NCBI GenBank assembly: GCA_963666975.2
Contig: CAXVYR010000004.1
Coordinates: 224,001 to 288,000 of the forward strand
Origin: Terriglobia bacterium
GTDB lineage: Bacteria; Acidobacteriota; Terriglobia; 2-12-FULL-54-10
DNA length: 64,000 nucleotides
Direction of reading: 5' to 3'
Position numbers and translations under genes: made by a program. The notes below the pieces were generated by a model. That model had not been told where the DNA came from. It searched no databases and saw only the letters and a program-made list of their open reading frames with translations. Numbering within the stretch: the stretch's first letter is position 1; every line of letters begins with the position of its first letter. Of the stretch, positions 1 to 9,615 are shown one piece after another.

Positions 1-400
1 TCGAACTTCCCGGTCCTCCCAGTTTTTTGCTGGATGGAATCAGCGATTTGCCGCCGCCCACGGCTGAGCGAAAGGGACCGCCCAGCTTGGGATGCAGGAT
101 GGCCGCCGCGTGCTCGTATTCCCCGTCCACTCCCACGATCGCCGCCTTGCCGTAGCTTTCCACTTCCCCCTTGCCGCCGGCGTCTCGGAGTGCACGGACG
201 GCTTCCTCCCCCAGCAGACCACCCAACTCCTCCCCGATCTCCGTGAGAGGGGACAAGTCCTCGATGAACTGTCCAGCAAAAGGATTGGTGATCACGGCTA
301 TGGCCGCGACCTTCGTGACGGGTTTGCCCTCGACTTGGCGGCCGCCGTCGGCGAGAATCTCTTCCACGACGATGACCTTTTTTCGAATCTTCGACTTCAT
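1..400 (-). CDS. Amino acid synthesis family protein (DUF1185/AA_synth), 3' end runs off window
   Basis: Not in ORF track because it is open at the edge. ATG at 400 with GGAGGG RBS; reads MKSKIRKKVIVVEEILADGG...AVITNPFAG...VESYGKAAIVGVDGEYEHAAAILHPKLG, typical DUF1185 motifs. Confidence 0.85.
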   Translation of the reverse strand, partial: MKSKIRKKVIVVEEILADGGRQVEGKPVTKVAAIAVITNPFAGQFIEDLSPLTEIGEELGGLLGEEAVRALRDAGGKGEVESYGKAAIVGVDGEYEHAAAILHPKLGGPFRSAVGGGKSLIPSSKKLGGPGSS

Positions 401-645
401 GGTTGTACCCTCCGCGGACAGCGCTCATTGGAGGCCGATTTGGTGACGGTCGCCTAGCCCGACCAGTCTTTCGATCTATGTTCTCGGAACCACAACCTGG
501 GGAGGAGCCTCGCGCAGCAGCATACACTACTCCAGGCGAGTATGGAAAAGTAAGAGCTGTTTCCATTTTCAGGAAGCCTGGAAACGATTCTCGCAGGTAA
601 GAAGCAGCAATCGACGCGGTGCTCGTGCCTGGACGCCTCCCAGGT

Positions 646-1812
646 TTACTGGCCTGCCACTTTGGCCATGCGCCGGGCCGGCGGAGTATTGCGGCTTCGC
701 TGCGCGCGAACGGCGCCGTCGATCATGACCAGCGAAATTCCGGGGATATCCCCCAGTTCGATTGCCTGCAAAGCTGTCTCGGCCATTGAACCTTGCGGGG
801 CGTCCATCACGATCAGGTCCGCATCGCCCCCCTCTTGAAGGATCCCGCACGAGAGCCCGTGAACGCGTCTCGTGTTACCCGTGGCAAATGCGACACACTG
901 CTCGGCGGGAATTCCTCCAAAGCAAGCTAGAAAATTCAGAGTGCGCAGGATGCCAAGGGGAATTACGCCGGAGCCCGACGGCGCGTCATTGCCTACGATC
1001 ACACGGGCCAGCGCCCCGTGCTCTCCGGCTGCGCGAATGGTATCCAGAGCGCGGTGAAAGTTGCCGCACTGGACGATCTCCAGCATGAAATCGCTTTCTT
1101 GAACCAGCCGCTCGACGTCCTCCTTGGGAATCGCGGTCGGTCCCCCATTGATGTGCCCGACGATATCGGGACGGATGCGGAACACCTCGTCGGCGCCGTA
1201 TCGTGTGCTGCCGGGAATGGAGGGTCCCCCGGTGTGGATGGTCACTCGCATATTGTATTTTTTGGCCCAGCGCACCATCTCCGCGGCCTCTTCCGGATCC
1301 TTCACCGTGCCCAACCCCACCTCTCCCACCAAGTGGACTCCCTCGGCAGCGAGTTCCTGAAAATCATGTTCTTGGAGGCCTTTCTCTAGCATAACCGCGC
1401 CAGCATGGACTTTCACTCCTGCGGGTCTCAAATTGGAAAAGGATTTGTGCGCCACCAGGGCCAGGGCTTTGGCGCCGGAAGGATCTCGGGGCCGGCCCGG
1501 GTAATGTACTTCTCCGGCGGAGATCATGGCGGTGACGCCGCCCTGGAGCGCGCTGTCGATGAAGTCGAGCGTTCGCTGTCGCGGCGTGAAATCTCCCGCC
1601 ACGGGATGCACATGAGAATCGATCAAGCCGGGGGTGACCGTGGTCCCAGCGGCGTCGATGATCAGCGGGTCGCTGCGGGAAGACAGCTTACTTTCCGGTC
1701 CGATCTTGGCGATCTTTCCCTCCTCAATCAGAATAGCATCGGCATCCAATAGGGGCTTGGCGAGATCGCCTGAAACGAGGACTCCAATGTTTCGTAGGAT
1801 AATGGATTTCAT
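646..1812 (-). CDS. ena: Enamidase-like amidohydrolase (nicotinate pathway, 1,4,5,6-tetrahydro-6-oxonicotinate hydrolase)
   Basis: DSHVH metal motif; segments GEVGLGTVKDPEEAAEMV, HTGGPSIPGS, HINGGPTAI, GNDAPSGSGVIPLGILR and SRNTPPA closely match Eubacterium barkeri enamidase as recalled. Confidence 0.85.
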   Translation of the reverse strand: MKSIILRNIGVLVSGDLAKPLLDADAILIEEGKIAKIGPESKLSSRSDPLIIDAAGTTVTPGLIDSHVHPVAGDFTPRQRTLDFIDSALQGGVTAMISAGEVHYPGRPRDPSGAKALALVAHKSFSNLRPAGVKVHAGAVMLEKGLQEHDFQELAAEGVHLVGEVGLGTVKDPEEAAEMVRWAKKYNMRVTIHTGGPSIPGSTRYGADEVFRIRPDIVGHINGGPTAIPKEDVERLVQESDFMLEIVQCGNFHRALDTIRAAGEHGALARVIVGNDAPSGSGVIPLGILRTLNFLACFGGIPAEQCVAFATGNTRRVHGLSCGILQEGGDADLIVMDAPQGSMAETALQAIELGDIPGISLVMIDGAVRAQRSRNTPPARRMAKVAGQ

Positions 1813-1870
1813 GGATTTCTCATTATAGAAAGCATTCAGAAGTCTTCGGAAAGTTCATCGCAATCGACCC

Positions 1871-1897
1871 AGAGATAAAAGAGATAAAAGAGATAAA
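1871..1897 (+). repeat. Perfect 9-bp tandem repeat (AGAGATAAA)x3
   Basis: Read directly; lies between the ALDH stop and the enamidase start. Confidence 0.9.
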
Positions 1898-1902
1898 GGG
1901 GT

Positions 1903-3366
1903 TCAGCGCTCCAGTGGAGTGTGCCATGTGCTGACGATGACCTTCTTATCTGTATAGAATGACACCGCATCATTGGCTCGTCCGCGAAGGGAGCCGAAAA
2001 ACGAGAGTTTCCGGCCCCCCACCGGGTAGAAAGCGATCGGCGCGGGGGTCCCCACGTTAACTCCGACCTGCCCTGTATTAACCCGGCGGGCGAACTCCCG
2101 GGCCAGAGAGCCATTCTCTGTATAGATCACCGCGGTATGGCCGTAAGAGCTTCGGTTGATGATGGAGATGGCTTCCGACAGATCTCTCACCTTCTTCAGG
2201 CACCGAACCGGCCCGAACAGCTCCTGATCGAACACCTTCATCCCGGGCTCGGCCTCGAGGAGGGTAGGGCCCAAGAAGTATCCCTTGGGGTACTTTGGCA
2301 CTTTCGGGTTCCGGCCATCCAGAACCATTTTCGCGCCTTCCTTGAGCGCGTCGTCGATCTCGGCATGAAACCTATCCAGGGAAGCGCGCGAGATCACCGG
2401 GCCCATATTGACTTCCTTGTCCACGCCGTAACCGAGGACAAACTCCTTGGTTGCGGCCACGAGCCGCTCTTTTAGTTGCTCATAGATGCTAGCAACCATG
2501 AGGAGGTTCGACCCGGCAAAACAACGCTGCGAACTGGCGCCAAAGCAGGAGTTGACGAGATTCGGCATGCACTCGTCCAGCCGGGCACTGTCGGTGACCA
2601 CCAGGTGGTTCTTGGCCCCTCCCTGGCACTGGGCCCTCTTGCCCTGGAGTGAGGCAGCTTTGAAGACCTCTTCGGCCACGCGGGATGAGCCGACAAAGCT
2701 GATGCCAACCATGTCGGGGTGGGTCGCCAAACGTTGCACCGCGTCTGCCCCGCCCAGCACGACGTTCAATACCCCGCGGGGAAAGCCGCATTCCTGAGCC
2801 ATCTCCGCAATCCGTATCATCGTCAGCGGGCAGATCTCGCTGGGCTTGACGATCACCGGGTTTCCGCAAGCCACCGCCCAGGAAAAATAGAGCGGGATCA
2901 TAGCCGGAAAGTTAAACGGCGCGACAATGGCGAATGGACCGAGCGGCTCGTGGATATAGCAAGTGTCCACCCCCGTACCCACATCTTCGGAAATGGAACC
3001 CTTCAGAAGTTCCGGGGCCGCACATGCATGTTCCACATACTCCAGTGCGCGGGCTATCTCTCCTTGGGCGTCTGGATAGTTCTTTCCGTTCTCGTCAATG
3101 ATAATCCGTGTCAACTCTTCCCGGGACTGATCCAGCTTGTGGCGAAGCCGGAACAGAAGGTCCGCCCGCTTCGTGCTAGGCGTAGTCCGCCAACCCCAGA
3201 AGGCTTCCTGGGCCGCAGCGACAGCGGCGTCCACCTCCTCCATCTTCGACATGGGGCACAAGGCGATCACCTCGTCCAGACTCGGATTCCTCACCTCGCT
3301 CCAATCTGTCGCCTTCGACTCGACCCATACACCGTTGATCAGATTGCAGAGTTTTCGTGCTTTCAT
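1903..3366 (-). CDS. CoA-acylating methylmalonate-semialdehyde dehydrogenase-like aldehyde dehydrogenase
   Basis: PFNFPAMIP, KPSE, GGAKNH, catalytic QRC, ELFGP and GQVGVNV motifs of the MmsA/IolA subfamily. Confidence 0.85.
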   Translation of the reverse strand: MKARKLCNLINGVWVESKATDWSEVRNPSLDEVIALCPMSKMEEVDAAVAAAQEAFWGWRTTPSTKRADLLFRLRHKLDQSREELTRIIIDENGKNYPDAQGEIARALEYVEHACAAPELLKGSISEDVGTGVDTCYIHEPLGPFAIVAPFNFPAMIPLYFSWAVACGNPVIVKPSEICPLTMIRIAEMAQECGFPRGVLNVVLGGADAVQRLATHPDMVGISFVGSSRVAEEVFKAASLQGKRAQCQGGAKNHLVVTDSARLDECMPNLVNSCFGASSQRCFAGSNLLMVASIYEQLKERLVAATKEFVLGYGVDKEVNMGPVISRASLDRFHAEIDDALKEGAKMVLDGRNPKVPKYPKGYFLGPTLLEAEPGMKVFDQELFGPVRCLKKVRDLSEAISIINRSSYGHTAVIYTENGSLAREFARRVNTGQVGVNVGTPAPIAFYPVGGRKLSFFGSLRGRANDAVSFYTDKKVIVSTWHTPLER

Positions 3367-3382
3367 AGGAATGCTTTCCTCT

Positions 3383-3615
3383 TAGCGGCCACTCTGGTGC
3401 ACGCCTTAGCAGCCAGCAGTTCTAAGGATCTTGCCTGCGAGGTGGACCGCCGCCACCGGTTCGCGCCAGATCCAGTTTGGGTTGAAGCTCCGATTGTGGC
3501 GGCATGGGAGACGAGGAAGATATGGATCTGCATTTAGGAGCCGGGCAAGTATCGATCCTCCGTCGTGGAATGTTTCCTCGAGGATGCAGAAGAATTTGCT
3601 GATCTGATTGGCCGC
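3383..3615 (-). pseudogene. Possible decayed second DUF1185 gene
   Basis: Minus-strand reading QISKFFCILEETFHDGGSILAR resembles the DUF1185 N-terminus (IRKKVIVVEEILADGG); no clean start or continuous frame. Confidence 0.3.
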
Positions 3616-3718
3616 TTCGTTATAGTGTCCCCCCCGTGGCGCAGCGAGGAATCCTGAGGATGTTTTGAAACTTCGATACCCGCTGATTTTTACAGTGCGC
3701 GTGTTCGGCGCGAGGCAG

Positions 3719-3748
3719 ATTATGACTTTGCGCGGCCCCGGTTGTCAA
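3719..3748 (-). promoter_or_regulatory. sigma70-type promoter toward ALDH-enamidase operon
   Basis: TTGACA-18nt-CATAAT on minus strand; homologous to 49464..49492. Confidence 0.6.
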
Positions 3749-3836
3749 CGACCAAGTCGGCTCCGCGATGCACGCCCTCCGGGGTGCTCTGCCGCGATTG
3801 CATCCAGAGAACCAAGCGCGATGCACAAAAACAAAC

Positions 3837-3865
3837 TTTACTTTCACGTGCCTTGGCGCTATCTT
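3837..3865 (+). promoter_or_regulatory. sigma70-type promoter toward Mo-hydroxylase large subunit 1
   Basis: TTTACT-17nt-TATCTT; homologous to 49344..49372. Confidence 0.55.
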
Positions 3866-4031
3866 GCCGGAATGGCTTACCGCTTCCCGAAAGGCTGTTT
3901 CCTGAAGGTGCCAGCGGCCCTTGGCGAATCTCAATCCGGCTGGTACTCAGCGCGGGAAATGCTCGCAAACAGAAGGCGCTCAACCCGAACCAGACCATGG
4001 GTATTCTGCCTCAAGATTCTCCGGAGAAAAT

Positions 4032-6419
4032 ATGCCCATGGCTGAGCGCTATGTTGGATGCCCCATCAGAAGGCTTGAGGATACGAGGTATCTGCTGGGA
4101 TGTGGCCAGTTTATCGACGATCTTCGACTTCCGGGCATGGTGTGCGCGCATTTTCTCCGAAGCCCGCACGCGCACGCTCGCATCCTAAGGATCGACTCCA
4201 AACAAGCTCTGAAGGCCCCTGGAGTGCTGGGCGTATGGACGGGCCAGGAAATCGGTTCGAAAGTGAAGCCGCTGCGGCCACACGTGGAATCCAAGGGTTA
4301 TCGGGCCTCTGACTGGCATCCTTTGGCTAAAGGCAAGGTGCGCTACGTGGGGGAGGCCGTTGCTGTCGTCGTTGCCACGGATCGTTATCGGGCGGAGGAC
4401 GCCGCCGAATCCGTCTCCGTGGAATACTTTCCTCTGATTCCGGTGCCGGATGTCGATACCAGCTTGAATGCCAAGGACAACGCGATCCATGAGGAACTGG
4501 AGAGCAATATTCTTTTCGAGTTCGAGCACGCGGGCGGCGATGTGGACAAAGCGTTTGAAAAGGCCGACGTCAAAATCAGCAGGTCCTTCAAACACCCTCG
4601 GTGCACCGGACTGGCGATCGAAAACCGGGGCGTCGTGGCGCAATACGACGCATCCAAGCAAGTCCTGACCGTCTGGTCCTCCACCCAGGCGCCCGATCTG
4701 CTGCGCAAGACGGTGGCCGAATGCCTGGGACATCCCGAGCACAGGGTGCGCGTCATCGCCCCCGATGTCGGGGGCGGCTTCGGAATAAAAATGCACGTGT
4801 TTCCCGAAGAATTGATCGTGTCTCACCTGGCTCGCGAGCTTCGGCAACCGGTCAAGTGGATCGAGGATCGGCGCGAGAATCTCATGGCCAGCATGCACGC
4901 CCGGGACCACGTTTTGCATGCGGAAATCGCCGCCCGCAACGATGGCACGATACTCGCTCTCAAAGTGCAGGATTTTTGTGATGTCGGGGCCTACTCAGCC
5001 TACCCGGTCACGGCTGCTCTGGAACCGCTCAGTTGTGCCAGCGTTATGCCCGGACCCTACAAGATCGGCAATTACTATTTCCGGAGCATGGCGGTGGCCA
5101 CGAACAAATGTCCGGTAGGGGCCTACCGGGGTGTTGGATTTGCGCTGAGTCCTTTCGTCACCGAAGCGCTGATGGATTTGGTCGCGCGGGAAGTCCGGAT
5201 AGATCCTGCGGAAATCCGGCGCCGAAATTTCATCCCACCGGAGGAGTTTCCGTTCACCGCCGCCAGCGGCACTATTTATGACAGCGGAAATTACCGTCCC
5301 AGCTTGGAACAGGCTCTGAAATTGGCCGATTACGAAGGAGTGAGAAGCAGCCAGCAACAGCTACGGGGACAAAATCGCTACGTAGGACTCGGCCTCTCCA
5401 GTTTCATTGAACCGACCGGAATGGGACGAAAAGTTTACAGGCGGCGGGGGATGGTGGAGGTTCCGGCTTTCGATTCGGCCACCATCAAGGTGGATTCGTC
5501 GGGAACAGTGCGGGCCTACTTGAGCACCCCGTCCCAGGGTCAAGGCCAGGAGACGACCTTTGCCCAGCTGCTCGCAGAGGAATTGGGGTTCCGGATGGAG
5601 GACATTGCCGTCTTCCTCGGGGATACGGAGACATGTCCTGCCGGAAACGGCACGTTTGCCAGCCGCAGTATTGTCAGTGCAGGGAGCGCGTTGGTGCTGG
5701 TGGCGAGGCAGATTCGGCAGAAGCTGCTGGCCGCCGCAGCCCACCTGCTGCAGGTCCCGGCCGGCGAACTGGAGATCCAGGAGGGGCGGGTTTTCGCGAA
5801 GGCCCGCCCCGATGAGGGCCTCTCCATCCGGGAGTTGGCTCAGGAGTTCCATTCTCCTTTGCATGAATTTCCTGAAGAACTAAGCCCAGGCCTGGAAGCC
5901 ACTCAGTCGTTTTCCTTGACGGGAGCGGCGGTTTCCAGCGGCACCCACGTGGCGATCGTGGAAGTGGATATCGAGACGGGGATCGTCAATATATTGCGGT
6001 ATGTCGCGGTGGAGGATTGCGGCAAGATCATCAATCCAACCATCGTCGATGGCCAGATCCGGGGGGGAGTGGCCCAAGGGGTCGGCTCCGCGCTGTACGA
6101 AGAACTCGTGTATGACGACCAGGGTCAGCTTCTGACCGCCACGCTGATGGACTACCTGGTTCCCGGTTCCACCGAAGTGCCCTCGGTGGAGATTCGCCAC
6201 CTCGAGACCCTTTCTCCGCTGACCCCGAACGGCAGCAAAGGCGTAGGAGAAAGCGGCATCATAGCTTCTCCCGCCGCCATCAACAATGCCATTGCCGATG
6301 CGTTGACTCCTTTCGGCATATCCTTCACGAAATTGCCGGTCTCGCCCCAGAACATCCTGGACGCTCTCCGAGAAAACTCCAAAGTTCGGGCGGGAATAAA
6401 TAAGGAGGGACAGGAATGA
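4032..6419 (+). CDS. Xanthine dehydrogenase/CoxL-like molybdopterin-binding large subunit (L1)
   Basis: RSPHAHA, GGGFG, AYRGVG, QGQET, GTFASRS, GQIRGG and KGVGE motifs; start moved to ATG 4032 after GGAGA. Confidence 0.9.
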   Translation: MPMAERYVGCPIRRLEDTRYLLGCGQFIDDLRLPGMVCAHFLRSPHAHARILRIDSKQALKAPGVLGVWTGQEIGSKVKPLRPHVESKGYRASDWHPLAKGKVRYVGEAVAVVVATDRYRAEDAAESVSVEYFPLIPVPDVDTSLNAKDNAIHEELESNILFEFEHAGGDVDKAFEKADVKISRSFKHPRCTGLAIENRGVVAQYDASKQVLTVWSSTQAPDLLRKTVAECLGHPEHRVRVIAPDVGGGFGIKMHVFPEELIVSHLARELRQPVKWIEDRRENLMASMHARDHVLHAEIAARNDGTILALKVQDFCDVGAYSAYPVTAALEPLSCASVMPGPYKIGNYYFRSMAVATNKCPVGAYRGVGFALSPFVTEALMDLVAREVRIDPAEIRRRNFIPPEEFPFTAASGTIYDSGNYRPSLEQALKLADYEGVRSSQQQLRGQNRYVGLGLSSFIEPTGMGRKVYRRRGMVEVPAFDSATIKVDSSGTVRAYLSTPSQGQGQETTFAQLLAEELGFRMEDIAVFLGDTETCPAGNGTFASRSIVSAGSALVLVARQIRQKLLAAAAHLLQVPAGELEIQEGRVFAKARPDEGLSIRELAQEFHSPLHEFPEELSPGLEATQSFSLTGAAVSSGTHVAIVEVDIETGIVNILRYVAVEDCGKIINPTIVDGQIRGGVAQGVGSALYEELVYDDQGQLLTATLMDYLVPGSTEVPSVEIRHLETLSPLTPNGSKGVGESGIIASPAAINNAIADALTPFGISFTKLPVSPQNILDALRENSKVRAGINKEGQE

Positions 6420-6868
6420 ATCTCAAAGGGACGCACCGGATGAAGGCCAAGCGAGAGCGTGTCTGGGTGTTCTTAAATGACCCCGAGGTTCTTCGGCAGT
6501 GCAGCCCCGGTTGCCAGCAGATGACCCCGGCGGCGGATGGTTCTAATGATTCCTACGATGTCCTGATGGAAGTGGGCATTGGTGCCGTGAAAGGACGCTA
6601 TACCGGAAAGATCCAGATTACCGACCGAATTCCGGGTACTCAGTACAAGCTGGCAGTGACAGGCAACGGAAGTGCCGGGTTTCTGAGCGCTGAGGGCGTC
6701 ATTCGACTGGAAGAAGTGGGAGAGGAAACACTGATCGAGTACTCCGGCCAGGCTCAAGTGGGGGGTCTGATTGCTGGAGTAGGCCAGCGCATTATGGCCG
6801 GTGTGGCCAAGCAGATGGTAGGGCAGTTCTTCCAATGCTTGGAGAAGGCTGTGCTCAAGCCTCAGTGA
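6416..6868 (+). CDS. coxG: CoxG/SRPBCC-family protein
   Basis: VWVFLNDPEVLRQCSPG...VGGLIAGVGQR pattern; ATGA overlap with L1. Confidence 0.85.
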   Translation: MNLKGTHRMKAKRERVWVFLNDPEVLRQCSPGCQQMTPAADGSNDSYDVLMEVGIGAVKGRYTGKIQITDRIPGTQYKLAVTGNGSAGFLSAEGVIRLEEVGEETLIEYSGQAQVGGLIAGVGQRIMAGVAKQMVGQFFQCLEKAVLKPQ

Positions 6869-6988
6869 GAAGGCGGCATCAGGCCTGGGGCGGGACGTGA
6901 ACTGGCTGAAGCTGGCACGGTAGCTCTGGGGAGCGTGCGGTCCTGCCGAAAAGGAGTCCAACACCGACTCGCTAGGATATTTGAACAT

Positions 6989-7182
6989 TATACCGTTTTT
7001 GCAATTGGTGTAGACTGCTCCGCCATCGGGACCAGACCTCTTCATTTTGCTGTCATCCCGAGCGGAGCGAGGGATCTGCTTTTGTACGTGTGGATGAATC
7101 CGTTCCCGGCGGAAAAGCAGATTCCTCGCTCCGCTCGGAATGACATCGCGTTGTGGTTTACACCAATTGTGAAAACGCTCTA
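6989..7182. mobile_element. MITE-like element: TA-ended 27-bp imperfect TIRs enclosing a 33-bp-arm REP-like hairpin (7051..7145)
   Basis: Left TATACCGTTTTTGCAATTGGTGTAGAC vs reverse complement of right TAGAGCGTTTTCACAATTGGTGTAAAC; inner TGTCATCCCGAGCGGAGCGAGGGATCTGCTTTT pairs with AAAAGCAGATTCCTCGCTCCGCTCGGAATGACA; at a convergent gene junction. Confidence 0.75.
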
Positions 7183-7941
7183 GAATGTAACCTGCCGTCT
7201 CCATCGCGTGACCCAGGAATCGATAGCTCCGAAGATCCCGATCTCAATGACGATCAGGACGACGGCAAAGATCAGGGTCCAGGAGAAGACCCCTGCCAAG
7301 TCGAATAAGCTGCCTGCGTGCTTGATTTGAAAGCCGACGCCGGTCTCGCGCGTCAGGAACTCGGCCGTGGCAGTGATCTTCCATGCCAGACCGAGCCCGT
7401 AACGCGATCCCGCCAGGAGGTGAGGGATCAGATGCGGAAGGACGATTTGGCGCACGACTTCGTGACGGGGAATCTGGAAGACGTTGGCCATCCGCAACAG
7501 GTCCCGATCCAGGGCCTGTGTCCCTTTCCAAATATCAAGGGTCAAGAAGGGAATCACGACCAAGGCCACAGGGACATAGACGGCCATCTCCGATAGACGG
7601 AAGAACATGACCCCGAGGAATGCCCAGGACATTCCGGGGATGGTCAACCCCACCAGGACCCATACGCCGAAGGAGTTCTCGACCTCCTTTACGAAGCCCA
7701 TTCCGAGTCCGAGGGGAACACTGATCAGGACGGCCAAGAGAAACCCCACAAAAGTCCGTTGCAGCGAGAACAGCAGATGGTAAAGCGCGTTGCCGGTAGA
7801 TAAATTCTGGTAAGTAAGCTGAAGCACCTCTAGAGGCCGGGGGAAAAAGGCTGGAGGAAAAAACAGGGAGGCCAAATACCAGACTAAAAAGAATAGCCCG
7901 AGCGAGGCAATTTGCACCGGGGAAAACCGCAGCTGTTTCAT
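7180..7941 (-). CDS. NitT/TauT-family ABC transporter permease
   Basis: Multiple TM segments; IVLPHLIP...RYGLGLAWKITATAE...GVG pattern. Confidence 0.9.
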   Translation of the reverse strand: MKQLRFSPVQIASLGLFFLVWYLASLFFPPAFFPRPLEVLQLTYQNLSTGNALYHLLFSLQRTFVGFLLAVLISVPLGLGMGFVKEVENSFGVWVLVGLTIPGMSWAFLGVMFFRLSEMAVYVPVALVVIPFLTLDIWKGTQALDRDLLRMANVFQIPRHEVVRQIVLPHLIPHLLAGSRYGLGLAWKITATAEFLTRETGVGFQIKHAGSLFDLAGVFSWTLIFAVVLIVIEIGIFGAIDSWVTRWRRQVTF

Positions 7942-7983
7942 CGTGGATCTTTCTGCTGCAAGCCGCTCATAGTTCCAGGTTTC

Positions 7984-8754
7984 TTAATCAGGAAGGTTCT
8001 CCCACTGTGACAGAGCCAGCGTCATGACGTGGTGCTCAAGCTTATAGATGCTTTCGGCCCTGTAATCTCGAGGCCTTGGGATATCGACTTGCACTACTTC
8101 AAAGACTCGTCCCGGGGAGGATGTCATCAACAGAATTCGCTCCGAGAGAAAGACGGCTTCGCTGATGTCATGGGTGACAAAGATGATGGTTTTTCCTGTC
8201 TTCTCCCAGATGGTCAGCAGTTCTGCCCGCATCCGCCGGGAGGTCATCTCATCCAGGGTGCTGAACGGCTCGTCCATCAGGACGTAATCCGGATTGACGG
8301 CCAGCGCCCGCGCAATCCCAATCCGATGCCTCTGGCCGCCGGAGAGGGTCAACGGCCAAGCCTTTTCGCATTCTTCCAGCCCCACCATTTTCAAATGACG
8401 TCGGACCACTTCGGTCTGCTGGTGTCGGGACTGGTTGTCCCGGAGATTCTTACCGAGCAACCCCAGACGCACGTTTTCCCCCACCGTCCGCCAGGGAAGA
8501 ATTCGCGGTTCCTGAAACACGTAGCCGACCTTGACAGTGGAAAGGGCCTGGAAGAGATCTTTACCACCCACCTCCACTCGTCCGGTAGTCGGTGCGAGAA
8601 CTCCGCCCAGGATGTTCAGCAGAGTAGACTTACCACAACCGGAAGGCCCGAGGATGGAGAGGAACTCTCCCTGGCGAACCTCCAGATCCGTCTGGTCCAG
8701 GGCCACCTTCTCACCGTATCGCTTGCTTACACCGCTGATTCGAATATAGGCCAT
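7984..8754 (-). CDS. NitT/TauT-family ABC transporter ATP-binding protein
   Basis: GPSGCGKST, FQEPRILPW, LSGGQ, MDEPF and FVTHD. Confidence 0.95.
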   Translation of the reverse strand: MAYIRISGVSKRYGEKVALDQTDLEVRQGEFLSILGPSGCGKSTLLNILGGVLAPTTGRVEVGGKDLFQALSTVKVGYVFQEPRILPWRTVGENVRLGLLGKNLRDNQSRHQQTEVVRRHLKMVGLEECEKAWPLTLSGGQRHRIGIARALAVNPDYVLMDEPFSTLDEMTSRRMRAELLTIWEKTGKTIIFVTHDISEAVFLSERILLMTSSPGRVFEVVQVDIPRPRDYRAESIYKLEHHVMTLALSQWENLPD

Positions 8755-8766
8755 AGGGTTTGCGTC

Positions 8767-9564
8767 CTATTCTGACGCCCTCCTGTACCGGGTCAGGTAG
8801 TTCTCTAGTTGGCTGAAGCCGCCGATCTCCATTGCCATCATTACTGCAATGAAGATGGCCGTCCAAGCCACCGTCGAGGCTGGCTGAATCAGCCGGTACG
8901 AGCTCTGCATTTCGACGCCAACTCCCTGCGATGCCGCAATAACCTCCACGATCACGACGACTTTCCACGCCATGCCGAACCCGTACCGCAGGGTGGCAAA
9001 GAAATAAGGGTAAAGCTGGGGGAGAACGATATCGAGGATGATCCTGAAGCGGCGAAGCTGGAAGAGCTGCCCCATCTCCACCAGACTCATATCCAATGCT
9101 TTAACTCCTTGCCAAAACTGATTGATCATGAAAGGGATGATTGTTACGGTCACGGCAAAGATCAGGGTCCACTCTCCCAACCCAAACCAGATCAACCCCA
9201 TCATCCCCATGGCCGGCGCAGGGATGCTGAGTCCGAAGACTACCCAGAAGCCGAACAGGTCCTCCGCCCACCGTCTGCTTCCCAGCAGAATGCCGCCCAG
9301 GAGGCTGAAGGCCAAACCCAGAATGGCGCTGACGATCACTCGGAAGAACGTCACCCAGAGGGTCTCATAGGTGCCTTTGCTCTGGAGGAGGGCGAAGGTA
9401 GCCGAGGCGACCTCAACGGGCGTCGGCAGGAATGGCAGGTCGCTGGCGAGCGACGTGAGCTGCCAGATCCCGACAAGGCTCGCCACTGAAATGATCTGAT
9501 AGAATGCTTTTCTGCGGAGCAAAAGCCACAAACTGCCAGGCTGCCGCGCCGCTTCCATTTCCAT
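8767..9564 (-). CDS. NitT/TauT-family ABC transporter permease
   Basis: TM-rich; FLPTP, LIWFGLGE and IVLPQLYP...AWKVVVIVE. Confidence 0.9.
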   Translation of the reverse strand: MEMEAARQPGSLWLLLRRKAFYQIISVASLVGIWQLTSLASDLPFLPTPVEVASATFALLQSKGTYETLWVTFFRVIVSAILGLAFSLLGGILLGSRRWAEDLFGFWVVFGLSIPAPAMGMMGLIWFGLGEWTLIFAVTVTIIPFMINQFWQGVKALDMSLVEMGQLFQLRRFRIILDIVLPQLYPYFFATLRYGFGMAWKVVVIVEVIAASQGVGVEMQSSYRLIQPASTVAWTAIFIAVMMAMEIGGFSQLENYLTRYRRASE

Positions 9565-9615
9565 TCTGGTTCCTCGATTGGAAGCAGTAGAACACTTTGG
9601 GACCGGATTCGCTCT

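Noticed and set aside
3854-3867. sigma54 promoter TGGC...TTGC (also considered at 12280, 55920 and 56601)
   Set aside because: The GG-N10-GC spacing is not met; sigma70 -35/17/-10 geometry fits better
6473-7204. 243-aa minus-strand ORF containing VIPSGARNL / IPRSARDD
   Set aside because: It is the translation of the REP hairpin plus the antisense of coxG, not a gene
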